64,000 bases of DNA from Eukaryota sp. TZLM1-RC. Taxonomy: Eukaryota; Protista; Metamonada: BaSk clade. Every line of letters starts with the position of its first letter. Position 1 is the stretch's first letter. The DNA lies in NCBI GenBank assembly GCA_040285825.1, contig JAUPSS010000014.1, positions 324,321 through 388,320 on the forward strand, given 5' to 3'. Positions 26,501 to 34,509 of the stretch are shown here, in pieces. Made by a program: the position numbers and the translations under genes. A model generated the notes under the pieces. That model had not been told where the DNA came from, ran no database searches, and saw nothing but the letters and a program-made list of their open reading frames with translations.

Positions 26501-28718
26501 TTCTGATGGGAAGGGATTTTATTTGATTAACTAAATAACCAGTAATATTGGCCAAATAAGAAGAGTAATTAGAATGATCTGGCCAAGAAGGTTTGACTAA
26601 ATTCAGATAATCACTATTAATCGAGTGAACAAGGGGAGAATTAACACCCTTTTGACTCCATTCGACTGCCGAATTGACCTCAATCAAACTACGTATACAG
26701 TCAAAAACTATCCAACAATCTGCGAAATTGATTGTGTTTTCCCCGATTTTAAACAATTTTGGTAACAAATCAATAGATACTATTGGTACAAAAATTGCAT
26801 TATTTACAATTAAGGACTGTAAAACATAAACCAATCTACAAAACAATTCAGAATTAAATACCTTTTTGGAATCAACAGCTCCCACAGAGTCCACGTCACC
26901 AACTGCCACGTCAGCAGTTGCCAGCTCAGTGGAAAGAGTTTCAACGGAAGCCAAGATATTATTGATTAATGATCTGAAAACAGAGAGGCAGGTTGAGCCA
27001 AAAGCAATCATCAATTCATCCCTTGGAAGATTTGCAAAAGTTATAGCACGTTCATATTCCGTAGATCTACATAATAAATTCCAAATTTTTAAATAATTAA
27101 CCGTATACCCCTTAGAATCACTTACCTGGATATCATCAACATTGGATTTAATAATAATTCTTGGTAATGAAGTTATTAAAATAGCTTCCAAACTTCTATT
27201 GAAAACTCTGTCCAATAAACCAGCCTGATTCAAAGAAAAGAGTAAAGGTAAAAGACTTGAGGTTAGCTTAATTTGGCTCCTGTAGAAACAATGATTTAAA
27301 GTTGAAAAAACGAGAGAAATTGCAATAACAGAAGATTCAACTATTAGTTCGGAATCACATTCAAACAAAGAGGTCATTAATGCAAGACTTTTGGGGACTT
27401 GACAGACAGTGTTGACGTCATCTGCGCTAACAATGGAATCTCCAGAAATAGTGGCTTCGAATTTACCCTTGAAATCATTAAAAAACGAAATATAATTAAC
27501 AATTATTCCTTTCGATTCAGCCTTTAATCTAACAAGAGGCGTGGACACGTGTCCAATCAAAACAAATAAAACAGAATACAATGATTTTAATAACTCCTTT
27601 CGATTCGTGTCAATAAAATCTACTATAAAGTCGAGTCTTTCGAGTTTTTGGTTGTCATTAACATCAGACACGACCAAATTTTGACAAGTGAGCTCTACTA
27701 CTTTATCAAATGTTTCAAAAGCAGCTCCCCGTAATAGAGATTTTTTATCCATTTTAATTAGGGCAAACAAATCTTCAATTAACGAAAAGAAATTGAAAAA
27801 TATTTTTCCTTGGAAAACACTACTTCTAATTAACACTAGACTTGCCAACGGCACGGCCGTCTGAATTCTTTCAGATAAGGATTGTACAGTCTTCCTAATA
27901 ATACCCCTACTGACATCAAATGCTTCGTTAGCAAGACGAACTATCACGTCATCTTTATGACCTGTTTCTTCCAAAGTCTTGAAATCAGGGTCAAAAATGC
28001 TGAAAAAAGAGCTCAACCCTAATAAACAACCTTCTAAAAGTACAGAACTTTCATCCTTCCCTGCTGACAACACACCATGATTGTAAATAGATTTAGCAAA
28101 TTTCAAAGTAAATTGGTCCATATACTCTGGGAATAAAACAAACAATTTCCCCAACACTTTAAACACCTCTCCCCTTACACCACCAGATATCTTCATCGTA
28201 GACTGTCGGAGTAACTCCTTCACTATGGTTGACAGTGAAGGTGCTACGTCCATTAACTCGTCATTGGGAGAAATGCCTGCTTCTTGAAGTGAGAAAATAA
28301 GCTCATAGAGAGTGGAAAGAGCAGCTTGTTTGGTGGCAGAATGCTTCGACTGGAGAAAACTATTGAAGAGTGAGAATTTAAGTGAAGACAATTCAGAAGA
28401 GAGATTGTTTGAAAGAAAGAATGTTGAAAAATACTTTGAATTACTGGTGATTACCAAGGAAATGATGGACACAAGATCCTTGGAAGAGCGTTCATTACGT
28501 GTATCTAACACCAGTTGTGGCAGTGTTGTGTGATCAGTGCATTGAACGAAAAGGAGCTTGATGAGATTGTTTTTTAGTTCAGTGTTGGTTGATCTAGCAA
28601 TGGAAGTTGATGTTTGGCTGAGGTCACGAATGAATTCAGTACCAAGCGAATCGATATTGGTTATGACATTAGTTATAGAAGTGAGAGCTGATTTAACATT
28701 ATCCAGCAGAGAAGTCAT
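17502..28718 (-). CDS. PRKDC: DNA-dependent protein kinase catalytic subunit (PIKK), intronless, ~3740 aa
   Basis: C-terminal PIKK domain with SIRKP, KGGEDLRLDQ (DNA-PK-type), GLGDRHLGN, IDFG, PEVIPFRFT. FATC-like end DENLIFRTFEGYGPYI. Internal GIHYFLRD and RKSYRTGEFVD. Long helical N-terminus. First ATG at 28718. Confidence 0.9.
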   Translation of the reverse strand: MTSLLDNVKSALTSITNVITNIDSLGTEFIRDLSQTSTSIARSTNTELKNNLIKLLFVQCTDHTTLPQLVLDTRNERSSKDLVSIISLVITSNSKYFSTFFLSNNLSSELSSLKFSLFNSFLQSKHSATKQAALSTLYELIFSLQEAGISPNDELMDVAPSLSTIVKELLRQSTMKISGGVRGEVFKVLGKLFVLFPEYMDQFTLKFAKSIYNHGVLSAGKDESSVLLEGCLLGLSSFFSIFDPDFKTLEETGHKDDVIVRLANEAFDVSRGIIRKTVQSLSERIQTAVPLASLVLIRSSVFQGKIFFNFFSLIEDLFALIKMDKKSLLRGAAFETFDKVVELTCQNLVVSDVNDNQKLERLDFIVDFIDTNRKELLKSLYSVLFVLIGHVSTPLVRLKAESKGIIVNYISFFNDFKGKFEATISGDSIVSADDVNTVCQVPKSLALMTSLFECDSELIVESSVIAISLVFSTLNHCFYRSQIKLTSSLLPLLFSLNQAGLLDRVFNRSLEAILITSLPRIIIKSNVDDIQVSDSKGYTVNYLKIWNLLCRSTEYERAITFANLPRDELMIAFGSTCLSVFRSLINNILASVETLSTELATADVAVGDVDSVGAVDSKKVFNSELFCRLVYVLQSLIVNNAIFVPIVSIDLLPKLFKIGENTINFADCWIVFDCIRSLIEVNSAVEWSQKGVNSPLVHSINSDYLNLVKPSWPDHSNYSSYLANITGYLVNQIKSLPIRTQVAISHCISVIPIETLTNDHLTLIQVSLSFPVQYLTSIYYNLKLLYQVFLKFNPKVLSPIAFSLFSKAQRLLSQAVDKDLVFNFANVPIYGQYPLVRFDFPVTNTFNVQSLVANILVKLTRFFSIIEDKKSVIFEFPIQFSSTSGEVSIDFSPIVPHILRLADSKDKKTRISAFECLHSITVRLCSLIVNSFSPSSDHSDSLRFILPKILFLASSGDTVARQLFRDLAIQFGRLLIYIQINREYCKELPTFIEVVIEALSDQQNASLRNFAAAVLSAQLFYLVRQAKTENLDLVRLYDLFFTPLIGLSRDPDLKKRLGVIDLFLFNPGVSNVAFYRIFMSNSELSSKFSLTFFGSLLKMLHDDPDEHVQSLFDGIKVFLKITEKHCFELSESNSDRVDFDNLNAFCLRFLESISTSKFRYLKEVLRIMSVLLPLINRQGENFKGTVNIQAWFKNHSDIHNQLSLTAYKRLEIPEVVNNSFLETLLGKLYLARWLTSHDLVDNTSNSLFESAEPGINLIGLFNPMEQSESGVDIVKYVLTLIEILRFSHICQSKTFSSPLHNLVETIVSRLDHLGIPPFILDRYFERLSYTLGTFLSKYQFVNELQSAFSTLSQRVISKIGSDKSDEIVLSRLFALLIQLLTRDQTRDQMAYFDPSHLETLRVCCFSQILKIPENPNSKTELSSQMCIVYLLITPPDSVLKELKRVDTDNSPKALGSLVVDQFFNEFCVFLIEKSLNNPEIWELNPNLLVSVLAYLKRSHKYLMKFSSVSVRKLIEFCREYSQNIFHCSNDPLSLDLSCALLAFLEAFPHQIIDIDAEFLDLCLEISTSFMQKSRFSGRRTEKAVYSFQLICNFAKVKAISLPLVNTFASPLLESLPANPLTIQDSSSAVYIACLERFDYLIGILPNLIVVNENCLRESIDLLLSILGWYSFKENVSSDWNTRFKKLSESVMDKILEDESILISLFNSITTLFENSFIYRAKRIFFDTFVFPIFKSNLINTQILNDVAVKLIPVLIEIATSSDDVIISRALKDHNYAELCSFYSNKSISLNLISNFYHKLDKIFLKEELTTQLNNPNLGRELIQKFLPLRVTGNPPFLQDSSFDSNIANFIKDCLFSFRQAAFCSIVNIVVATAKLEKQEKLVDAYVLSPSAKHPIWSEFLLNSEDLPVFKVETTFETEGKRDTSTHDSLITESSLSLSSSQDHLFGTNVTPFSQPVSIVDNQFESEFELDFFNSITIMPCVLAALDWLPESFKDFAGPFKTILKLLGSQYSLLVRLFFLKVILNRQSLFVPFIEHYLESIIQVLIDETTMDDRILKSPGIHYFLRDSCLLLIDWANQESGKCIVDLGKNNPSLASSFIAILISRFVRENTHNYAVIKNNLEIIGKFLSFWAPLVDINFDSCIYLFNQGFKGVSDLSRVGRLTMKDRSKEVTLYVASNLVQLLFDSGYNHSLSQSKCSKWSNLFVFLAKSLGVPRVDVHSNSASAIGSVLVSSMGISDPEIDNLTSSVVNQARGVFVDQHYNMFLRIVFNIGKKDSNFLLKFEPQFIDLINLSTSGIDKHLLLESLLLLLSTVHFYRLEMLITAVIPQFNHLLTSSDTKCTVAALKLVLNLLEDARYTEDLISLVFQNFDNIMENANGDVHTEYSKVLSFIRHSESISQEFKDLAFNYIICFVPKLDDIELILPQLTFNLPGDLIYRFSNLLDSIHKTNVFHTSRSLVLPVFNSLLIDAIPVVRISNAIEGSYTSKKINLETASITGLTFFSQFFSTLTTEIGGTFDEYESLVSADNLPAVLQKFKILEKSQEDKPKAPRKRFTPGFDKSLLSRKVRTDSQGVLRKSYRTGEFVDLDLSTKDLVEPLLYLSFNDESLTQSLFRAFLCSILPFFMGNSSACILNILSLAHSVKDKSVLLPIFEILPLFANHFHHDLHQNLCSYYLDTFVSEALTFDLIQPLIRLLEALSLNESYPRYSAIYLSRLIPLYKELNLKMEAETAMLSLISLCQHDELKTGVNALVSELNFDFESAEDHYSTCINTLETLPVDDFATSFTLVFEEGLYRSLVMLGDWEGVLEIVEVDNVFRPPKNRFLTPSMINSAIFGSFSISDVDYNMIKRVNDVIDRDSQSFLDISESLINRKLPYWSIVSNIVCKDFSSTISSVIKLISQSVPSLEHCYAIEPVLRNVTSLGPLVDVLDYNQITSSDDVMTLLNSWLQERRDSDDISNVRDSLIRCLIVTHNPKFLTEFHVNDFCISILLKCLKFSSSFPGIRELVHDQLSNFMDQIPLLKDIFVMLTNRDQSKISTCQSLLQTDFSSVTDSTFLKSSFLNFDYIRLELTQTLSDSGSMSQSNQSLLIEELQNLRLSHLENDRLVNIHLKLALLFNQIGDYQKLVDTICRIAVKISPSDTQNFVKISAWFPLILDYMTSNTEIVELFISYLPSISHLYFRNFMHSIVAIFNSEQQNLSRLLLEKLVSTDKNFTIISLHPYKDELSMSLISDWIDDLFESKVSTFVTQFRFLILPELRFKDAASNSDLISVLMQDFQDERHKLRGYNSKFAKKNASSIKEFFKYPAKRKQIATEMTQTSEFRQFMNNSKRRLSDFSKILDDFNFSNISFDPNSSLSIVGISTNIQFLQSIRKPCRLSLIMSNGHSVQLIFKGGEDLRLDQHVQRFFTSCNLAFQSQSLERFKIVQYDVIPLTNYFSLITFIPDTEPLTSVVLNDNSALQGATRAKNHYKKAYSSPSRAMTREKVLELADETKNMVPKNLFRDLIEQNSGNSFEFLKQLTQFRSDVVSSAAVGYILGLGDRHLGNYLYQKSTGHLCLIDFGQSFDISMSVPIPEVIPFRFTQSFQNVFKPLDPIGYTKRGLSDALKALRSSLLLIMPLFESLKYSSLSDFKQQANTLINSYGCRLSESEIISSRIDFAIQKLLGKSPKILIKKAFDLFNPAKKLKMSEFGRLKGTATAINSIIVDWDDDDILDVSNQVDELIELACDENLIFRTFEGYGPYI

Positions 28719-28768
28719 GCAAAGTGGGAAATACCTATAAATACACAATCTAATTTCGTGTGGAATTA

Positions 28769-29820
28769 TTACAAAAACTGTCTACTGCACAGATACTGAG
28801 GCCTTCCATTACCACTCATTCTGGCTTCAGCATTTGCAAACATATTCAGACAAGCCAGCTTATTTCTATTGAAAAGCTTTGTTGAGCCTTTGTTACTGAG
28901 TTTGCAACTCTCACTTTTACAAGCTAATAAACCATGACATGTATTAACAGGAATCTTTTCTCTTCTATAGAATCTGGAATTTGTTACTCTCAAAAACGTA
29001 GCAACCTTTTCAAAACGAACAGGACATTTTGCTGAAGTGAAAGCCTCATTAATCATCAACACTTCAAATCCATTTCTTTTCAGAAATTGAATCCATCCAA
29101 TGCCTCGCGTAGGCATATGATGTTTTAAATTCTTGGAACCTTTTAAAGTGGAGTGTTTTTACGGAAAAATCCAAAAATGTTACAGATTCACTGTAGTAAA
29201 AAGGTCTTTTGCATTACGTTTGAAACTTTGTTGGCTACAAAATTAAAGTAAATCACTTTTACCAGGGTCAATATGTACTTTGTGTTTTAATGACAGAAAT
29301 TCAACATCCAAATCATACAAAGAATTCTCAGTGGTTGCAAATTTTGCACTATCAGGCTTGAAGGACACGCCAATACAATCCTCTCTTGCTGGCTCAATAC
29401 AGGCTGCAAAATCATCAGTTTTAAAAGTGTTGTTTAATTTGTAGCCTTTTTTAATAAATGATCTATTCAATTCAAAAAAACCAAATTAAATTTTGTTCTC
29501 TGGACTCATATGTTGAATGTCAGGTATTGGATTCCACTCTGAATTCTTTCCCTTGTCATTAATCTCATTATTTGTAAAAAAAAGAACGCAAAATACCCCA
29601 TAGTCCAGCTTCAAAAATCCAGTAGTTTCATGACGTATATTTGGAATAGCATTAAATGTTTTACCCTCAGCTTCTTCTATAAAAGTATTAATTTTGATAG
29701 CTGATTTGATAAAAGATTGGGGATGCTTTTGCACAATGGAAAGTAATGATTTGACTTCAATAGCATGTTCCTCATTTTTTGAATTTTTTACCACAATAGA
29801 TATAGGAATTACTGAATTCC
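28769..29820 (-). pseudogene. Degenerate Fanzor1-like (TnpB-like) nuclease, 5'-truncated and internally deleted
   Basis: Ordered fragments KTFNAIP..LKLD, KKGY..FKTDD, HIDPGKSDLL (RuvC-I), INEAFTSAKC (RuvC-II), CHGLLACKSESC (Zn finger), FNRNKLACLNM (RuvC-III with D>N), RPQYLC. Confidence 0.85.
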
Positions 29821-29826
29821 AATTAT

Positions 29827-30400
29827 ATGATTGACCAATTATATTGTATGTGTAAGTCTCGTAGAATTGAGTCCTCTTTAGAACCTCTGTTGTCAAGTCT
29901 GTTTGATACTGAAGATGATTTTCATAAGTATATTAGAGGTGACGTCATATTACGTGGATTACCTGGAACCTTCATTTTATTGGATGTAATGTCTGCTGAT
30001 CCTCTTAATGCCTCAAATGAAAGGCTTGCTACTTCTGAAATTCATAATATTCTTTCAAATGCTGACAATTTCAAAATCAAAAAATACAATGAAGCTTTGC
30101 CCAAATTATCCGGTCAACAGCATGCAAAATACAATTTGTATCCATTTGTATTTTCTCTATTTGGTTCACTTGCCCCAACGGCTATACGTTTTTTGGCTTA
30201 TTTTTAAATGAGTGTAAAGAGAAGAACTAACAGAAATTTCAACAGATTGTTTTGGCAAGATGGAATTGTGTTTTCTATTTTTAAGGGGATGTTATAGATG
30301 GTTTCTGATGCTTTGCTTTCTCTTGGATCTCACTATGAGGAAGTTGCATCTAGTTTTTTTGTTTTGGAAGAGATGGATTATTTAGATGTTGATTTATAGG
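29827..30400 (+). mobile_element. 3' endonuclease fragment of a CRE-like retrotransposon (related to family 2)
   Basis: CKS..IESSLEPLL, RGDVILRG, LLDVMSADP, KIKKY, PFVFSLFGSL. Confidence 0.82.
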
Positions 30401-30674
30401 TTTTTAATGAATGTGATAATTATAAACAACTGAATTCAACCAATTCTCATCTTTTAAAAAATTACAAATTTTGGAATAAGTAGTGTCTAAAATAACAGTT
30501 TTTGCTGATTGATTCACACAATTTTCATTGTCTTCGTTCAAGATTTCATCATCAGAACGTTTAATGAAATTAAAAACTTGATCATCAGTAGTTGGCAAAT
30601 TGTTACGATTACTGTGTTACTTAATTGTTACTTTGTTTGATTGAAACAGTAGAAATAATTTTAAACCAAGCACA

Positions 30675-31125
30675 CTATCTTTTGAATGAGTAATTAATTG
30701 TATCTTGGAATCTACTTTCAAAACAATCAATTGGTAAAATGTTTTTAAATGTATCATGAAAATACCCTTTAGACTCATTTAACAGGAACCAACTAAGAGA
30801 CTTCAAGGATTTACTTGACTTTGATGTAAATAAATTTTGTTTTGGGTGAATATTTTCTGAATCCAAAAATCCTGGAAAGAATTTCCATAAATTTCTAAAC
30901 TGTTGCAACATCAGATTTTATCATATTAAAACCCGTCAAAACATCAGGTTTGTGATCAGTTACAAATTGAACAAAAAATAATAACAATTCTTCTTCCATA
31001 TCAAAAAAATTAATAATTTTTACAATGATCGGGAAATTCCAACGTCCCTTCAGGTTTTCTTGCACTTGAAGCAATAAAACTTTTTTGCATATAAAATTCA
31101 TCTTTCTAAAATAGCCCAAAGACAC
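30675..31125 (-). pseudogene. Family-B DNA polymerase 3'-5' exonuclease fragment
   Basis: FDMEEELLLFFVQFVTDHKPDVLTGFNMIKSD matches the PolB ExoII region (E.ELL..F......PDVLTGYNI..FD). Neighbouring frames are broken. Confidence 0.55.
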
Positions 31126-31453
31126 CAGATATTATGAAAACTTTTTGGTTATTGACCCATTGAATTTGTTCTTCATTGCTCATTTTTTAGGTCTTCAGCC
31201 TCTTTTTTCCTCAGCAATACCCTTTACTTTTACTATGGGCTTTTTATTATTATCTTTGTCTTTTTGTGTTTTTTTGTTATTCCCACGGGGTTCGGGTTTC
31301 TTCGGCTGCACCTCAATTTTTGTGGTCTTTACATCAATTGGAGGTATAGCTGAGGTATTTAAAGTTACACCATCAATCCTATTTTACAGCAATAATTCCT
31401 CAGCTGACTGTGAAGCCCTTTGAGTCAGATACACAATCTAAATTATTTCTCAT

Positions 31454-31518
31454 TGTTGGCGCCCTAAGGCTTATATCATATGAATAGAAAATAAATCAAG
31501 CTTTCTTTAATCTCTTCA
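31454..31518. mobile_element. 65-bp TG...CA insert with 4-bp TSD (TCAT), mini solo-LTR-like
   Basis: TCAT-[TGTTGGCGCCC...TCTCTTCA]-TCAT. The paralogous inverted copy (~7820-7845) shows the empty site TTTCTCATTATTTGAT. Confidence 0.75.
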
Positions 31519-31710
31519 TCATTATTTGATATAATTCAAAATACCACTAATTTGCTTCATCCAACTATCACATTCAACAGCGTCAACGTCTTGCATTAAA
31601 GGAACTCCACATACAAGTAATTTTAAACTGTTGGAGATTGACCATAATGTTGTGATATTCTCTTTTTGTGTTTACCCCAATTATCTACAGTTTATCCTTC
31701 TACCAGCAAC

Positions 31711-34227
31711 ATGTCTACAGAAACGACTCTGTATGTTCATGACCTTCCTAAGTTTGTATCATTGCTGCAAGAGATGAGCGGTCCTGATAATCAGGTGAAA
31801 GACCCCTTACGATTTCTTCTGAAAGCACGACGTGCAGGATTTCCAGTGAACCAAGTAGAGGACGTATACCTCAATTCATTGGAACCACTGATTTTGATGC
31901 TCAACGTTGATTCAAGTCTACTATCATTACACAAAGCACCCACTGAACCTCCCCTGCATGTTTTCCACCTTGTACAAGAGAGTATAGAAGTAGACAGACC
32001 AGATCAAATAGCACGAAATCTGCAACAAGATCTTTTGGTACCTGACTATGTAGATATTGGACATTACCAGACGTTTATGAAACTCCTACCTCAGTATACA
32101 TCTACTAATCTGCTTTTAAATTACCATTCCAATGTACTACCTCTTATCAACTCAACTGGTATGGGCAAGACCAGATTTATGATCGAAACATGTAGCAGGC
32201 TACAAAACGACACCAGATACAAGTCATCATACTTTACTTTCCCAAGATACTCAAAAACTGGAGACATATTAGATACCTGGCCGCCTTCAGATCCTAGTGT
32301 AATTTCCTTTGTTCAATCATTAGTTCCAGTGGCCTGTCAACAAGGGGAAAGAGGGGAACGAGTAAAAATGTTTGTATATGCTTGTCAGTGTATAATCATT
32401 GCTTCCTTCCTCGCTGAACAGCCAACTGATTGGAAAGGGGTGACGCAAAGATCTGAGTATGTTGAAGCCTTCCACAATGTTGTCGATCACGCAAAGGAAC
32501 TTTTCAATGGCCATTTTCGGCAGAATGAGCCGATATCTGATATGACGGAGACTTTAGTGCAACTGCTTCAGCAGAACCACTCTCGTGAATTTGTATATGT
32601 CCTATTTGCTGATGAGGTCAGCAGTTTAATCGATTCAAGTGCGGTGTCCCTAATCAACAACTGTCTCAACACAGGAACAAACGGGATGGATAGTGAATGG
32701 AATCTATATCGCTGTTTGCGCCATGCTGCACGAAATCTATTTACACAACATTTTCAATTACTAGTTGTGGTTGCAGGAACACACACTTCTCTTCGTCATT
32801 TTTGCGATGATGCAGTGAAGGAAGGTGCTTATAGAACTCCCATGTTGAAACCTTACATGGTCAGTCATGTGCATCGCGGCACCACACTACCTCCACTTTC
32901 AACGGGAATGTTTCAGTTGTTTCCTCCCCAATCACAATCAGGGTATTTTGAAACGATGGTGTCTCCACTTTTGTCTCTCAGAAATGCCGTTAGTTGTAGA
33001 CCTCTATGGTTAACATATGCTCTCAATTCAAGTTCACTCATGTCTTTTGCTTCTCAGGTAAATTTGAAGGTGAAAAATGCCTTCAATAGTACTGTCCTTC
33101 CAAAAGATGCTGCCATTGTCCTCTCTCTTATTCTAGAGGGTGTTGCTATACATGAGTCACTACTCTCCCATTTTGTTCATTGTTCCTTTGCCGTTATCAA
33201 ATTCTTTCCTTCCAATTTTGGAAATAGAGTTTTCTCCTATCTTCTTCCCACTGTTGATCCTATTCTGTCCCATTTTGCATGGAATTATCTACATTTGAAA
33301 GCAAATGCCCCATGGCAGTCAACATTGATTGATATCATGAAAGAGCTTCTCACTACTCATGTTGCTCCTACAACCTTGGGAGTCCTTATCGAGCCTGTTT
33401 GTGTTGGTGTTCTCCTCTATTTGTTTCAATTCAGTCAATTCAATTTCAACTCGTTAATCCAAATACCTGCCAATTTTCAACTTTTCTCACACTTGTATCC
33501 GATTCCTCTACGTTTATTCTTAGAGGAGAATTGTCATTGTTATCGATTACCTTCATCAGAAAATACTAGAAAACTGAATGCTGCTGGATATATAAGTATT
33601 TGTGAATCAATGTTGACCACTGTTGACCTTCAAGAACCCCAAGACTTCTATTTTATGCTTCTGGGAGCCTTTATCCATCGAACAATAGTGGTTCTCCCGC
33701 CCGGAACAGCGGATATTGATGCTATTGTCCCTGTTGTGTTTAAGCCCTCTGAATCCCACGATTTTCCAACAGTGGAGGAGATAGTGAAAGCCATAAGGAA
33801 CAATTATGCGGCCGATTATCTTGGAGTACTGCAGATACAAATCAAGACTGGAGAGATTAGACCAAGGAAAAACCTTGCAGAACATCTGAGAACACCAAGG
33901 TCAATCTACTACAATCCAGAAAAACCACATTTTTCAGCTTCACTCCTGCTCTCCATTCAGTCAACAGACTTTTCTACAGTTGAGTTTTCTCCCCGCCGTC
34001 CCCTAGAGGATGATTTCTTTTATGTTTTAAACAATGAAAAGTTCCAGGTGGTAGCTACCGCAGTGCAAGATTTCAAAGCTGGTATTGAACTAGCCCACTT
34101 GGGTTTTCAAACTGATGATGATTACTCCATTGTGTGGACAAGGTCACAGAACCCTAATAGATTTCCACAAAGATCACAAAGTATGCTGTCATCATCGGAA
34201 CCTCCAAAATCAATGCCAAGACTTTAG
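31711..34227 (+). CDS. Crinkler/CR-type P-loop NTPase + C-terminal PD-(D/E)xK nuclease protein, intact copy (~838 aa)
   Basis: Walker A INSTGMGKTR, Walker B VLFADE, VVVAGT, and C-terminal GTADIDAIVPV...LQIQIK restriction-endonuclease-like motif. Confidence 0.72.
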   Translation: MSTETTLYVHDLPKFVSLLQEMSGPDNQVKDPLRFLLKARRAGFPVNQVEDVYLNSLEPLILMLNVDSSLLSLHKAPTEPPLHVFHLVQESIEVDRPDQIARNLQQDLLVPDYVDIGHYQTFMKLLPQYTSTNLLLNYHSNVLPLINSTGMGKTRFMIETCSRLQNDTRYKSSYFTFPRYSKTGDILDTWPPSDPSVISFVQSLVPVACQQGERGERVKMFVYACQCIIIASFLAEQPTDWKGVTQRSEYVEAFHNVVDHAKELFNGHFRQNEPISDMTETLVQLLQQNHSREFVYVLFADEVSSLIDSSAVSLINNCLNTGTNGMDSEWNLYRCLRHAARNLFTQHFQLLVVVAGTHTSLRHFCDDAVKEGAYRTPMLKPYMVSHVHRGTTLPPLSTGMFQLFPPQSQSGYFETMVSPLLSLRNAVSCRPLWLTYALNSSSLMSFASQVNLKVKNAFNSTVLPKDAAIVLSLILEGVAIHESLLSHFVHCSFAVIKFFPSNFGNRVFSYLLPTVDPILSHFAWNYLHLKANAPWQSTLIDIMKELLTTHVAPTTLGVLIEPVCVGVLLYLFQFSQFNFNSLIQIPANFQLFSHLYPIPLRLFLEENCHCYRLPSSENTRKLNAAGYISICESMLTTVDLQEPQDFYFMLLGAFIHRTIVVLPPGTADIDAIVPVVFKPSESHDFPTVEEIVKAIRNNYAADYLGVLQIQIKTGEIRPRKNLAEHLRTPRSIYYNPEKPHFSASLLLSIQSTDFSTVEFSPRRPLEDDFFYVLNNEKFQVVATAVQDFKAGIELAHLGFQTDDDYSIVWTRSQNPNRFPQRSQSMLSSSEPPKSMPRL

Positions 34228-34509
34228 TTTGGGTGTTTTTATAAATAAATACGATATTGATATTGTTTGGTTTACGGTATTCAACAAAGTTCTGATGGAA
34301 ATCAAATTCTTTCTTGTCGCCATTCAACTCACTTTTGATTTTGGAAAATAAATCACATTTTAAGGGATTCATTCGGAGAATTGCTTGATGATTCAAGCAA
34401 AGTTTCAGCAAAAGTTTAGAATATCATATTTTTTATAAGGTTTTATAGTAGTTTGGATAATGAGTTTGGCAGGTTCATAAACTAATTTTGTTGAACTGGT
34501 TTGTAACAA

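Noticed and set aside
20236-28740. Short plus-strand ORFs within DNA-PKcs
   Set aside because: Antisense shadows of the long minus-strand CDS with no motifs.
31457-31464. TGGCGCCC, resembling a tRNA-Lys primer-binding site
   Set aside because: Only 8 nt match, and it lies inside the 65-bp insert rather than after an LTR.
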